From an uncultured Nitrososphaerota archaeon (GTDB lineage: Archaea; Korarchaeota; Korarchaeia; Korarchaeales; Korarchaeaceae), in assembly GCA_964594835.1 (NCBI GenBank), contig CAZQNA010000011.1:1-48415 (forward strand): a stretch of DNA of 48,415 nt, written 5' to 3'. This document shows positions 28,404 through 38,011 of the stretch, one piece after another. The position numbers and the translations under genes are program-made. The notes below the pieces were generated by a model. The model did no database searches. It was not told where the DNA came from and was given only the letters and a program-made list of their open reading frames with translations. The first letter of the stretch is position 1. Each line of letters begins with the position of its first letter.

Positions 28404-29174
28404 ATGTTCGAAAATTTATCTCCTAAACTTGGATTAGTGTTAATGATGGGCAAAGGTCGGGCCAAAGGAGCCGCGTTCATGTTCACGGTGGTGCTCGCGT
28501 ACTTCGCCGTCATGTGGCTGTCGGAGACGGGGCACGAGGTGATCTCGGCGCTCCTCCTGTGGGCAGTCATTCTCTACTCCCTCTGGGAGTTGAGGGTCGA
28601 CCCGCTCTACCTCTACGAGCCGCTCGTGGGAGGGGAGATGCGGCTCAGGGCCGGGTGGTGGGCCCTCGCAGGGGGGCTCGCGGGAGTGCTGGCCGGCTGG
28701 CTGGCCTCGGAGGCCGCCGGGCTGATTCGTGGAGTCGAGCCCCCCATCGGACGCTGGGAGCTAGGGGTGCTGGTCGCCATCCTGATGCTCGGGCTCGTCC
28801 CCTCTCCCTTGAGGGAGGGGAGCGCCAGGCGCGCGGCGCTGGAGGCCCTCTCTGAGGCGCTGAGCGACCTGAAGCCTGCGCCGTCCCGGCGCAGGGTCGT
28901 CGACGCCTGGCTGAGGGTCGTGGACGGAGAGGGCGCCGAGCTGGCGAGGGAGGCCGCCAGGCTCCAGAGGAGGCTGAAGAAGCTCCGAGACCAGGCGGAG
29001 ATCTTCAGGGCCCGCTTCCACCTGCACGAGACCAGGGGAGTCCCCCTGGAGGACTGGATCCCACAGAAGGCCGAGGAGGTCGAGGCGGAGATTCTAGAGG
29101 TCGAGCGGAGGTTGGAGGAGGTCAGGGCCGAGCTGGTGGAGAGGTTCAGGCAGGCGCTCTCTTCGGCCTCCTGA
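28404..29174 (+). CDS. Hypothetical membrane protein with C-terminal coiled coil
   Basis: Four hydrophobic segments followed by a charged helix. Confidence 0.65.
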   Translation: MFENLSPKLGLVLMMGKGRAKGAAFMFTVVLAYFAVMWLSETGHEVISALLLWAVILYSLWELRVDPLYLYEPLVGGEMRLRAGWWALAGGLAGVLAGWLASEAAGLIRGVEPPIGRWELGVLVAILMLGLVPSPLREGSARRAALEALSEALSDLKPAPSRRRVVDAWLRVVDGEGAELAREAARLQRRLKKLRDQAEIFRARFHLHETRGVPLEDWIPQKAEEVEAEILEVERRLEEVRAELVERFRQALSSAS

Positions 29175-29180
29175 CGGCCT

Positions 29181-29520
29181 TCAGGGGGCGACCTCCACGG
29201 TGACCCTGGCCCTGGACAACCTGAACGCGTAGTAGCCGAAGGAGCCCTGCACGTAGGGCACGATGACCTCGAGCTCCACCCGGCCCGGCCGGGCCTCCTC
29301 GGGAACTCTGAGCCTGAACTCGACGACGAGAGACCACTCCTCCTCCAAGGCGGCCGGGGGCGCGCCCTCCCACCCCACGGGCGAGAGGCCCCGCTCGAGG
29401 TCCAGCCAGACCGCGGCGTGGTCCGACCCGCAGGCCGACGACGCGACCTGCCACCGCCTCGCGCCGCGCGTGAGCGTCCGCCCCAGATGTCCCGTCTCCA
29501 GCGCGAGAGGTCCGTCGATT
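29181..29520 (-). pseudogene. 3' fragment of a gene lacking its 5' end
   Basis: Coding-like frame (...VVEFRLRVPEEARPGRVELEVIVPY...) extends upstream without a convincing start. Confidence 0.4.
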
Positions 29521-29736
29521 TAGAAGACCCTCCTGACCCAAGGGATCAAGTCGAAGTCGCGGTCGTTCGACTGTCGGAGGTGGGACACGAGGTTATCTCG
29601 ACGCTCCTCCTCTGGGCGCGCTCGTCGTCTTCACCCTCTGGGAGCGGCAGTCCAAGACCGGATGGCGGCCCGCCATATTTCCTCAGCGAAGCCAAATTTT
29701 GGCGTAGCCGCACGTCCACCGTTATCAAAAGTCGCA

Positions 29737-30225
29737 TCAGTCACTTTGAAACCTTCCATCATCTTTTGATGATGATAGTTTGTTCACATTTTTCTCAAGC
29801 CATCCTATTTTTTCAACCGATCTCACATCAAATTCAGGAACATATGGCTTAATATCCAAGAGAGGCGTTCCATCTATAACATCTACATCTCTGATGTATA
29901 AAATATTTTTCTCAATTTTAATCAATCTTACTATCGAAATGCCAATTGGATTCGGTCTGCTTGGAGCCCTTGTTGAGAAAACTCCGTGTATCTGATCATC
30001 CATAAATGGCTTTACTTTTAATAGCGGTTTTTTGGAAAGATGGAAGTGATATATCAAAATGATATGGGAGAATCCATCAAGATCTTCCAAACCCTCAACG
30101 TATTCTGGGAATACCTCAACTGTTCCGTTAACTCCTTTAGCAGCTGTGGGTTGTATAGGCGTTCCTCTCGGCTCTTTGAAGGGAGAATGAATAATTCCTA
30201 TTGGATTATACTTTATTTCCTCCAT
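29737..30225 (-). CDS. tsaA: tRNA m6t6A37 methyltransferase TsaA/TrmO
   Basis: PIGIIHSPF, LDGFSH, GVFSTRAPSRPNPIG, DVIDGTPLLDIKPY; very AT-rich relative to the host. Confidence 0.93.
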   Translation of the reverse strand: MEEIKYNPIGIIHSPFKEPRGTPIQPTAAKGVNGTVEVFPEYVEGLEDLDGFSHIILIYHFHLSKKPLLKVKPFMDDQIHGVFSTRAPSRPNPIGISIVRLIKIEKNILYIRDVDVIDGTPLLDIKPYVPEFDVRSVEKIGWLEKNVNKLSSSKDDGRFQSD

Positions 30226-30276
30226 AATTTCACCACCTCATAGTACGATTTCTGCTAACACCGGCGCGCGACCTGA

Positions 30277-30373
30277 TCAGACCGCCTCCCCGAGGTGCTC
30301 CCTCGTCTTGGGCCCGTACCTCAGGTCGGCCATGAGCACGTATAGGAAGATGTTCAAGTCAACGAACCTCCTC
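30277..30373 (-). pseudogene. Truncated VapC N-terminus
   Basis: RRFVDLNIFLYVLMADLRYG...stop, directly behind an AbrB antitoxin. Confidence 0.6.
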
Positions 30374-30592
30374 GCCCGAGAGGGAGGACTCGACCTCCTC
30401 AATCTCCACCTCCTCCCCACCCGCCAGGCCGTAGAGGCTGTCCACCGTGACCCTCCTCTTCGGAACCAGGATCAGGGAGTCGCCCTCAACCCTGAGGGTA
30501 AGCATTGATCCCTCTCTCAGCCCGAGGAGCCTCCTGACCCTAGCCGGGATCAAGATGCGGCCCTTTCTCTCGAGCCCGACCTCGTGTTCCAT
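30359..30592 (-). CDS. AbrB/MazE-type antitoxin
   Basis: KGRILIPARVRRLLGLREGSML. Confidence 0.85.
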   Translation of the reverse strand: MEHEVGLERKGRILIPARVRRLLGLREGSMLTLRVEGDSLILVPKRRVTVDSLYGLAGGEEVEIEEVESSLSGEEVR

Positions 30593-30712
30593 TGGTGGGG
30601 TCGCATGGAGTGGGAGATCCCACCTATATATGTCCCACTACAGCGACGCCAGGCGCACTCCTCTCGCACCGTGTGAGCGTCTGCCTGAAGGTTCCGTCTC
30701 CCGCGTGAGAGG

Positions 30713-31129
30713 TCAGGGGGCCACCACAACGCCGATCTCCCTCAGCGCGTCCCTCAGCTTGGCATCGAAGCTGACCAGCTTGAACCCCCTCCTGAAGGCG
30801 AGGGTGACGTAGGCCGAGTCGTAGACCGTGATGCCGAACCTGTAGGCGTTGTCCAGGGCCTCAGGTATGACCTCCCTCGCCTCCACCACCTCGCCCACGC
30901 TGCTCTCGATCAGGGGCACCACCAGGGTCCTGAGCCTCCTGTAGCTCTCCTCAGGTATCCTACCGAGCACGCGCGCGTGCTTCCAGAGGACGTTGGCGGT
31001 CTCCACAAAGGCGAGGTCCACGGTTACGAGCTCCGACCTGCCGTGGGATGTTAGGAAGGACTCGGCCCTATCGGAGAACTCGTCCTTTATCACCAGGCTG
31101 GAAAAGATCGAGGCGTCGACCACGTACAC
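30713..31129 (-). CDS. vapC: VapC PIN-domain toxin
   Basis: VVDAS, ETANVLWK, ITVYDSAYV, VSFDAKL. Confidence 0.92.
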   Translation of the reverse strand: MYVVDASIFSSLVIKDEFSDRAESFLTSHGRSELVTVDLAFVETANVLWKHARVLGRIPEESYRRLRTLVVPLIESSVGEVVEAREVIPEALDNAYRFGITVYDSAYVTLAFRRGFKLVSFDAKLRDALREIGVVVAP

Positions 31130-31357
31130 CTACCTGCCCTCCCTGAACTCCCTGACGGTCCTCCAGGCGGGCTCGCCGGAGGGATCAACGTCCCTCAGCG
31201 CCTCCTTCACGGACCTGATCGCCTCTCTGAGCTCTTCCTCTCTCAGCCTCTCCTCTATGAACCTCTCTATCTCGGCCCTCCAGTCCACCCCGACCCTCTT
31301 CATCCTCTCCCTGAGCTCCCTGCGAATCCTGACGCTGAACACGACCGTCTCGGTCAT
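31130..31357 (-). CDS. vapB: VapB-type antitoxin
   Basis: VFSVRIRRELRERMKRVGVDWRAEI...VREFRE. Confidence 0.85.
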   Translation of the reverse strand: MTETVVFSVRIRRELRERMKRVGVDWRAEIERFIEERLREEELREAIRSVKEALRDVDPSGEPAWRTVREFREGR

Positions 31358-31364
31358 CGCATGT

Positions 31365-31397
31365 TGTCTACAATTACGTAGTTAAAAATTGTAGACA
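31365..31397. promoter_or_regulatory. Inverted-repeat operator and promoter of vapBC
   Basis: TGTCTACAATT-N11-AATTGTAGACA overlapping an AT-rich TATA-like element. Confidence 0.65.
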
Positions 31398-31399
31398 CC

Positions 31400-31491
31400 A
31401 CGAATCTCAGGCCTCCCAGGAGCCTCTCCAAGGTCTCAAACGGATCCTCGACCTTCTCGAGCACGATCCTGTCGCCCCTCGTGGAGACCCT
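31400..31491 (-). pseudogene. AbrB antitoxin C-terminal relic
   Basis: RVSTRGDRIVLEKVEDPFETLERLLG with no start. Confidence 0.45.
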
Positions 31492-32676
31492 TCAGGGAGA
31501 TATTATCTCGCGGGCCACCTCCAGGAGGTCCTCGACGGGGTAATACCCCTTGACCTCGTAGTGCAGCCCTCGGAACCAGAAGGTGACGCCGTTCGGCAGG
31601 TAGGCCCCCTCGGGCCAGACGTACACCTTAACCCCGTCGACCTGAACAGAGTACTGGAACCACTCCATGGCGGTGGCGTTCACCGGGAGGGTGTCGATCA
31701 GGACGGTCAGGTTGGGCGCTCGCTGATCCCAGGGCGCCGGAGGAGAGTAGGGGCCGCACTCGTGGTCGCAGTAGAACAGGGTGACCTCCCTCAGGGACCC
31801 GCCGCCCAGGGTGTCCTGCACCGCCAACCTGAGCTCCAGATCACCCAGCAGGACCTTTGGAAAGCTGAGATTTACGCCGAAGACGTCCGGGACGTCCTCG
31901 ACCGGTATCACCCTCCCGCTCACCCTGCGGACCTCCGGCCTCACGTCCTCCGGCCTGCACCCCGACTCGGGTATCATGGACTCAGCCATCATGACCAGCT
32001 CCTCGGTCGGCAGCAGTCCCAAGATCCTGTAGGTCAGGTTGCCCACCTGGAACGTGACCCCGGCCGGCAGGATCGTCCACCGGTGCGTCCAGTAGTCTAT
32101 CCCCTCCCCCGGGGAGCCGACCTTCATGGGGCACCCACGAACTAGGGTCACCTTCCCCCTCCCGACGAGCCTCCCCCAGTCCATCCAAACGATCACGTCG
32201 GGCCCCGGGAGTAGCCTGGAGACCTTCCCGTGGACCGAGACGTTCTTGCCCTCGAGGGCGTACTCCAGGGCGATCAGTTCCGGGTCATTTAACGCCCCCT
32301 GCCTCACACCCTCCATCCCGTAGTAGCAGGCGACGCCCAGGAACCTCAGGCCCTCAGGCACGTAAGTAGGCAAGACCCCTCCGAGGTTCCTCCAGGCCTC
32401 CAGCCCCATCCCGGTCGGTATGAGGTCCCAGTAGTCATCGGGGATGGGAGCCCATATCGGAACGAAGGACCCGGGCTCGATCGAGGAGTTTCGGTCGGGC
32501 GGGGTGACCTGAGCGGGCCGGAGAGGGGGCGCCGTGGACGGGGGCTCGGTAGAGGGGCCCTCACTAGGCGGAGTCGCCGGGTGGGGGTGAGATCTGTGGT
32601 AGACTTCGACGTACGCGAGCGAGAGTGAGAGCGATAGCGAAATCAGGATCAGTAGGAGCTTGATTCTCCTGCTCAT
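31492..32676 (-). CDS. Membrane-anchored secreted protein, paralogue of 226..1367
   Basis: Signal anchor, Pro-rich linker, LPTYVPEGLR, SMIPESGCR, VYVWPE, GYYPVEDLL. Confidence 0.8.
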   Translation of the reverse strand: MSRRIKLLLILISLSLSLSLAYVEVYHRSHPHPATPPSEGPSTEPPSTAPPLRPAQVTPPDRNSSIEPGSFVPIWAPIPDDYWDLIPTGMGLEAWRNLGGVLPTYVPEGLRFLGVACYYGMEGVRQGALNDPELIALEYALEGKNVSVHGKVSRLLPGPDVIVWMDWGRLVGRGKVTLVRGCPMKVGSPGEGIDYWTHRWTILPAGVTFQVGNLTYRILGLLPTEELVMMAESMIPESGCRPEDVRPEVRRVSGRVIPVEDVPDVFGVNLSFPKVLLGDLELRLAVQDTLGGGSLREVTLFYCDHECGPYSPPAPWDQRAPNLTVLIDTLPVNATAMEWFQYSVQVDGVKVYVWPEGAYLPNGVTFWFRGLHYEVKGYYPVEDLLEVAREIISP

Positions 32677-32763
32677 ATCCCTCCGTTCCCCATCAGCCTA
32701 GGGCTCTGAGAGCGATGGGGGTGCGCACCAAAAATAAATCCCTCTGGCTCCGGGTCCCCTCCA

Positions 32764-33015
32764 CTACCCAACCCCTATGATCGACTCGGCGACCCTCAGG
32801 ATCTCATCGAGCGGGTAGTAGCCCTGGATCGTGTAGGCGAGCCCCCTGAACCAGAACTCCACCTTGGTTGGATAGTACTCGACCATCGGCCACACGTACA
32901 CCGTCACTCCGTCGATCACGATCTCTTCTGCCGACCCCCTGCGCTAAGCCCACAGCGCTCCGAGGATCGCCAGCCCAACCAAGAGCGTCACGAGTATGAA
33001 GCGGGCCCCCTTCAA
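32764..33015 (-). pseudogene. Internally deleted third paralogue (signal anchor, TAG, C-terminus)
   Basis: MKGARFILVTLLVGLAILGALWA*RRGSAEEIVIDGVTVYVWP...FWFRGLAYTIQGYYPLDEILRVAESII in a single frame. Confidence 0.75.
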
Positions 33016-33018
33016 CCC

Positions 33019-33732
33019 TCACCCCCGACCCGGAACCACCTCGATGTCGCACGTCTCGATTGAGGTTCCACCGTCGGAGAGTGCCCCCTTCACTATGATG
33101 TTGATCCTGTAGCGCCCCGGCGGCACCGCGGGCCCAACCTCCAAGGTGGCGTTCAGAACTCTGACCTCTCCCTCCCTCATGGTGAACGCAGGGAAGGGCC
33201 GAATCGCCAGCCTGATCCTGGAGTCTCCCTCTCCAGCCACCAGCTCGAATACCTCGCCCCCTACTAGCGACTTCGTGGAGAGGTTCACCTCCAGGGGGCC
33301 GGAGAAGCTCTCAGGGGTCAGCTCCTCTGGAGGCGGGAGATTCCTGAGGAGCGTTAGGGTTATCGTGGGCCTGAACTCGCACTCCGGCTTGAAGCAGTAC
33401 ACCTTGATCGTGAATGAGACCTTCTCTCCCTGCCTTATCCTCTCGGGGAGGCCCTCCACGCCGGTGGTGAGCAGGAATATTGGGGTCTCGGGTATGTCCC
33501 CCGGCAAGATGGTGGGAGACCCCTCGGCGCCCGAGACCTCCGATCCAGATCCGACGAGCCGCAGCGTGATGAGAGACCCGACGAGGGCGGCGAGGAGGAG
33601 TGCAGCGATGAGGGGGACTGCCCCAATGGTCCAGCCTCCGCCGCACGAGCCGGGGGTCGAGGTCAAGGCACCCCGCTGAATCAGCCGGTGGGAGGATAAA
33701 AAGGCCTGTGAGGAACGCCGCCGCGTCTTCAC
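33019..33732 (-). CDS. Secreted or anchored hypothetical protein with an Ig-like beta domain (true start probably downstream)
   Basis: TM segment, then LEVGPAVPPGRYRINI. Confidence 0.6.
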   Translation of the reverse strand: MKTRRRSSQAFLSSHRLIQRGALTSTPGSCGGGWTIGAVPLIAALLLAALVGSLITLRLVGSGSEVSGAEGSPTILPGDIPETPIFLLTTGVEGLPERIRQGEKVSFTIKVYCFKPECEFRPTITLTLLRNLPPPEELTPESFSGPLEVNLSTKSLVGGEVFELVAGEGDSRIRLAIRPFPAFTMREGEVRVLNATLEVGPAVPPGRYRINIIVKGALSDGGTSIETCDIEVVPGRG

Positions 33733-33845
33733 GTCGATCTAAGGTTTCTCGACATCCTTGCCGGGCAGTGGGGGTCTGTCGCTACCCTTGAAGGGCGACG
33801 ATGCGCGACTGGGGTAGGTGGCGTTGCAGGAGCCCGGCCTGGAGG

Positions 33846-34403
33846 TCATTCCCAAACCAACACGAACGTGAACAGGGCCACGGCGACGGCGACGAGGGCC
33901 GTTGACACGTATCCGGCTTCCCTCCTCCCCTCCCCGAGGAGGCCGGATGCCACGGCCGCCCCGAACCCCCAGGCCAGGGAGAGAGCGAGGGCTATTTCGA
34001 AGAGCGGGCTGGTGAGTGCCTTGCAGAGGAACTCCAGGGAGATCTCGGTAGGGAGCCAGCGGAGTTCTGGGCACAGGAAGGGAGAGGTCAGGATGGAGAA
34101 CACGCCGAGTGAGCCCAGCGCGAACGCCAGCAGCGGTCTCCCCCTGAGCCAGCCCGAGGACGCGGCAAGGAGGGCCTCGAGCCAGATCAGGCAGACGATA
34201 GGCTGAAGGAGCCTTCCCAGCTCCACGAGGAAGAACGGACAGTCCCGCCAGCCGCAGGCTAGGGACCAGGCGAGCGGTGGAAGCAGGATCGTGAGCACCC
34301 AGGGGGCCAGCCGACGGCCTGTTACCTCATCCATCACGTCACGACTCCCCGTCGAGATGCAAAAAGCATGGGGGCCGATCGTCAGCCTGCGGGATGGAGT
34401 CAC
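33846..34403 (-). CDS. Hypothetical multi-pass membrane protein
   Basis: Multiple hydrophobic helices; GRPLLAFALG resembles GEPLAAFLLG in the 39428/40046 family. Confidence 0.6.
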   Translation of the reverse strand: MTPSRRLTIGPHAFCISTGSRDVMDEVTGRRLAPWVLTILLPPLAWSLACGWRDCPFFLVELGRLLQPIVCLIWLEALLAASSGWLRGRPLLAFALGSLGVFSILTSPFLCPELRWLPTEISLEFLCKALTSPLFEIALALSLAWGFGAAVASGLLGEGRREAGYVSTALVAVAVALFTFVLVWE

Positions 34404-34408
34404 CTGGG

Positions 34409-35623
34409 CTAATCAGGTCTGCCCTCCGCCTCAATCCTCGGGAGGGTTAGGCTCACGGCCAGGGCAAGCGCCTCCAGCCCGGCGGAGGCGGCGAAGGCGA
34501 CCTCCAGCCCAGGGCTGGACAGGAGTCCCGCGAGGGCGGGCCCCAGGGCCCCGAAAGCCCTGGTGAAGGTCCCCTCTATCGCCACCGCCTTGCCCCTGTC
34601 CTCCTCCGGGAAGGCGTCCATCGTGTAGGCCAGCAGGCCGGGGGAGAAGAGGGGCATCAGCGCGCCGGCCAGTAGGGCGCCGTAGAAGAGTACCGGGATC
34701 CGGGGGGTCAGCGTCAGGCACGCGAAGACGGATGTGGCGACGACGTAGGTCGCGGAGTAGAGCCTCCTCCTGTCCACCCTGTCCGCCAGCGCCCCGCCTG
34801 CGAGGGACAGGATGGCGCGGGCGGCGTACCCGGCGGAGTAGGCGGAGAACATCTGCGTGGCGGAGAGGCCGACCGACTCGCCGAGTAGGGGGACCAGGGG
34901 GTAGGAGCCGTAGGCCAGGGCGTCGAGGGACTTGATGACGCAGAACCTGGCCAGCAGCCCGCGGTTCGCCATGGAGCGGAGGTCGGACAGCGCCGAGAGG
35001 GGGTTGAACCCGCCCGAGCCCGAACCTGAGCTCGGCCTCCCCGAGCCGTAGCGTGGGAGCCTCAGGGTGGCGAGTCCGGCCAGGGCGAGGGGGAGTCCGG
35101 CCAGCGCGAAGGTCCACCGCAGTCCGAGCCTCGAGGCCACCAGGGCCGAGCCGGCGGTGCCGAGGGCCATGGCCGAGGAGAGCAGGAGGCCCCACACGCC
35201 GAAGGGGAGGCTCCTCCCGCCGCTCAGCCTCGCCAGCATGGGGGCCGTCGGAATCCTGGCCACCGACCCTGCGGCGTAGGAGGCCAGGTAGAGGGCGGCA
35301 GCGGCGGCGACCCCGGAGGCCGCACCGAGGGCCGCTGAACCGAGGCCAGACGCAATCGATCCTAAGGCCAACTGGATAACTCCCCCGAGCCTGTCGGCCA
35401 GGACCCCTGCAGGCACGCCGATCGCCATGCCCAGGATCCTGGAGGCCGAGACGAGGGCGCCATAGGCCTCGGCGGAGGATCCGAGCTCCCTCAGGTAGAG
35501 GGGGAGCGACACGCCGACGACAGACCTGGAGAGGGCGTCGGCGAAGATGAGGAGGTACAGGGTAAGGAGCTCCGGCGTCAGGATCCCCCTGACCCTCAAC
35601 CCGTCGCCCTCCGGTCGAGCCAA
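34409..35623 (-). CDS. MFS transporter
   Basis: GVLADRLG and GALADRVDRR motif A copies; about 12 TM segments. Confidence 0.9.
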   Translation of the reverse strand: MARPEGDGLRVRGILTPELLTLYLLIFADALSRSVVGVSLPLYLRELGSSAEAYGALVSASRILGMAIGVPAGVLADRLGGVIQLALGSIASGLGSAALGAASGVAAAAALYLASYAAGSVARIPTAPMLARLSGGRSLPFGVWGLLLSSAMALGTAGSALVASRLGLRWTFALAGLPLALAGLATLRLPRYGSGRPSSGSGSGGFNPLSALSDLRSMANRGLLARFCVIKSLDALAYGSYPLVPLLGESVGLSATQMFSAYSAGYAARAILSLAGGALADRVDRRRLYSATYVVATSVFACLTLTPRIPVLFYGALLAGALMPLFSPGLLAYTMDAFPEEDRGKAVAIEGTFTRAFGALGPALAGLLSSPGLEVAFAASAGLEALALAVSLTLPRIEAEGRPD

Positions 35624-35722
35624 GCGGGACCGCCGGAGGGTGGCGCGAGCGCATTAAACTCCTGAGCGCCTGGAGCCCGGGTCTTCAGAGGCCCTTTGTT
35701 TGGTGGCTGAACACCCGGCCCC

Positions 35723-35875
35723 TCAGTCCACCATCAGGAAGGGCACCCGCCAGGCGAAGAGGAGCAGAGAGTAGCCCAGGAGCGCGCTCAGGCCCCAGGG
35801 CCTCTCGGACCTGGCCACTAGCGCCGCACCCAGGGCGAAGGGCAGGCTCAGGGCGAGCCCCACGAGGTCCTCAGC
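35723..35875 (-). pseudogene. C-terminal fragment of the 39428/40046 membrane-protein family
   Basis: LSLPFALGAALVARSERPWGLSALLGYSLLLFAWRVPFLMVD* versus LSLIWDLGASLAAGSEDPGDWRAALG...LMLD*. Confidence 0.55.
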
Positions 35876-35931
35876 AGGGGAGCGAGAAACTCACCCCCGC
35901 GTGGAGTTTCTTAAGCCCGTGTGCGAGGAGA

Positions 35932-37245
35932 TCAGTAAGTCAGCCGGTACCTCCTGGCCCTTCCCCTGCCGACCGCCTCCACGACCCCCCTAGAGGCGAG
36001 CGACTCCAGCGCCCTGAGAACCGTGGGCTTGCTGACCCCCAGGAGCTCAGCCAGGGCGCCGCTGGACATCTCCCCCCTCTCCTCGAGCAGCCTGATGACG
36101 CCGGCCTCCACCCTGCCCCCGGCCCTGCTGAAGGAGACTCTCGTAACGCCCGACGACCACTCCTCGATCCTGAAGATAAGCCCGGCCCTGGCGCACGCCT
36201 CCCTCATCCTCCTTATCCCGGTCCCCACCTCCTCGACCAGTCCGACCAGGTACATCAGCCTGGCCAGCCTCGGGTTCCTGGGCTTGGAGATCGGCCTGCC
36301 GGGCGTGACCCCCGGCGGGAACCCCCCGGGGTTCTGGACGGACAGGCCGGCGGGGTTCACCCTCACGACCACCCCTCCGGGCGCCATGTAGTTCCTGTGG
36401 GTCAGGGCGTTAACCACGGCCTCCCTGACGGCCGCCAGTGGGTAGGCTGGCCTCTCAACCCTCCTGAGGTCACCCGCGACCTCCCACCCTATGGGGATCA
36501 CCCTGGCCCTGAGGTGCTCGACCACATCCTCCACGAGCAGCCAGAGCGGGCCCCTGAGCGTCCGGTCGTCCGCCACCCTCCCCCCCGCCTCCACGACCAC
36601 CCTGACCTCGGCCCCGCCGACGTGCTCTGAGGGATCCTCCGAGAACATGAGGATACCCGCGTTGGTGGGCCTCAACTCCCCGTCGACCCTGGCGGCGGCC
36701 CCCAGCGAGACGGCCGCCTCCAGGGGATCTGCCTCCAGGAGCCGCTCGGACGCCCTCCCCCTCCCGCAGGCCTCCCTGAGAAACCTCTCCAGCAGGTCGG
36801 GGCTCAGGATGTCCGCGCTCAGGCTCCTCCTGACCACCTCGTCGAACCTGAGGGCCCTCCTCTCGGCGAACAGCTCCGCAATCTCCTCCGGCCTGGCCCT
36901 CCTGGTGCTCGCGCCAACCCTCACGTAGATGTCGTCTCCGAAGGCAACGACCCCCTGGCTCGGCCTGACCCTGACCACCAGCAGTCGGCCCCCCGGGGCG
37001 TCGACCCACTCCACCTCGACCTCCGGCCTCGGCACCAGGGAGCCGAGGTAGGACGTGAGCCTCTCCAGCGAGTCCCTCGGCGCGCCCACCACGTCGCCCG
37101 AGTCGCTTACTCCGACGACGAGAACCCCCCCTGAACCGTTTGCGAACGCCGCAATAGTCTTGATCGCATCTTTGCTAATAGAACTCTTGAATTCCACATT
37201 TTCGCTCTCTCCCAAGCTTAAGATCCTCGAGATCTCCTCTCCCAT
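35932..37245 (-). CDS. Schlafen/AlbA_2 domain + HATPase_c-like + HTH protein
   Basis: ESENVEFKS, AFANGSGG.LVVGVSD, REAVVNALTHRNY, NPGG, PRNPRLA, E.GTGI, C-terminal wHTH. Confidence 0.9.
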   Translation of the reverse strand: MGEEISRILSLGESENVEFKSSISKDAIKTIAAFANGSGGVLVVGVSDSGDVVGAPRDSLERLTSYLGSLVPRPEVEVEWVDAPGGRLLVVRVRPSQGVVAFGDDIYVRVGASTRRARPEEIAELFAERRALRFDEVVRRSLSADILSPDLLERFLREACGRGRASERLLEADPLEAAVSLGAAARVDGELRPTNAGILMFSEDPSEHVGGAEVRVVVEAGGRVADDRTLRGPLWLLVEDVVEHLRARVIPIGWEVAGDLRRVERPAYPLAAVREAVVNALTHRNYMAPGGVVVRVNPAGLSVQNPGGFPPGVTPGRPISKPRNPRLARLMYLVGLVEEVGTGIRRMREACARAGLIFRIEEWSSGVTRVSFSRAGGRVEAGVIRLLEERGEMSSGALAELLGVSKPTVLRALESLASRGVVEAVGRGRARRYRLTY

Positions 37246-37356
37246 TCGCCCCCTCTGGCTTTACGAATATTATATAAAGATTGACGAAAAGTTAGCGCTT
37301 CGCCGCAGGGGGCCCGCGGCGGGGGCGGGTCGGATCCCCCCGAGAGGCCGGGCTAG

Positions 37357-37386
37357 CAACCGTTAACCGCTATCAGTTAACGGTTG
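37357..37386. repeat. Inverted repeat 11-8-11
   Basis: CAACCGTTAAC-cgctatca-GTTAACGGTTG. Confidence 0.8.
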
Positions 37387-37500
37387 ACCGGAGGCTGGAT
37401 TCAAACTGCTTCGAACCTCACGGAGATTCGAGTCACTCAACGCGATAGAGGCGAGATCTCCACACACAGGGGGTTCTCCCGCACTCCGGAGTTCGCGCGC

Positions 37501-37986
37501 TCATCCGTTCCCCGAGGGTCCTCCCTCCGGGAGGCCTTGCGCGATCAGGTCGATGTTGGCCTCAACCAGGGCCTCCAGCTCCCCAAGAGTTCTTCCCTCC
37601 ACGCCCTCCAGGCCGAATAGCCAGACCACCTCTCCCTCCAGCACCGTGTTCGGGTGGTTCACCGCCCAGTTCCTTACAGCGTTGGCCGTGCGACAGCAGA
37701 TGACGACCGTCCCGCCGGCCAGCTCGGCCTCCCTCCGGATCATGTCGAGCAGGTCCTTCCTCCTCTCCCAGTCCGCCGCCTCAGACTCGATCTTCGACCT
37801 CGCCTCCTCGATGCTCTCTAGCCTGATGGCGTAGCATCTGTCTGGGTCGACCCCCTGGAACACCTCCTCGAGGCTGTGCTTTGGACAGAACACCGATATC
37901 TCGTCCCTCCCCGTGAGGAAGTCCCCGAGATGCATGGGCACTGGAGACCCGCACAGCGCGCACCTGGCCACATAGATGTCGCACAT
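37501..37986 (-). CDS. Hypothetical Zn-binding protein
   Basis: MCD...CALC...H...CPKH and a C-terminal NHPN. Confidence 0.6.
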   Translation of the reverse strand: MCDIYVARCALCGSPVPMHLGDFLTGRDEISVFCPKHSLEEVFQGVDPDRCYAIRLESIEEARSKIESEAADWERRKDLLDMIRREAELAGGTVVICCRTANAVRNWAVNHPNTVLEGEVVWLFGLEGVEGRTLGELEALVEANIDLIAQGLPEGGPSGNG

Positions 37987-38011
37987 GTCGGAGATTCTCC
38001 GGCCGGGGCGC

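Noticed and set aside
32944-32946. In-frame TAG as pyrrolysine or readthrough
   Set aside because: Most of the gene is deleted, consistent with a pseudogene; no pyl genes seen
35881-35915. Hairpin AGAAACTC...GAGTTTCT resembling a CRISPR repeat
   Set aside because: Single copy, no spacers and no cas genes; at most a terminator or operator
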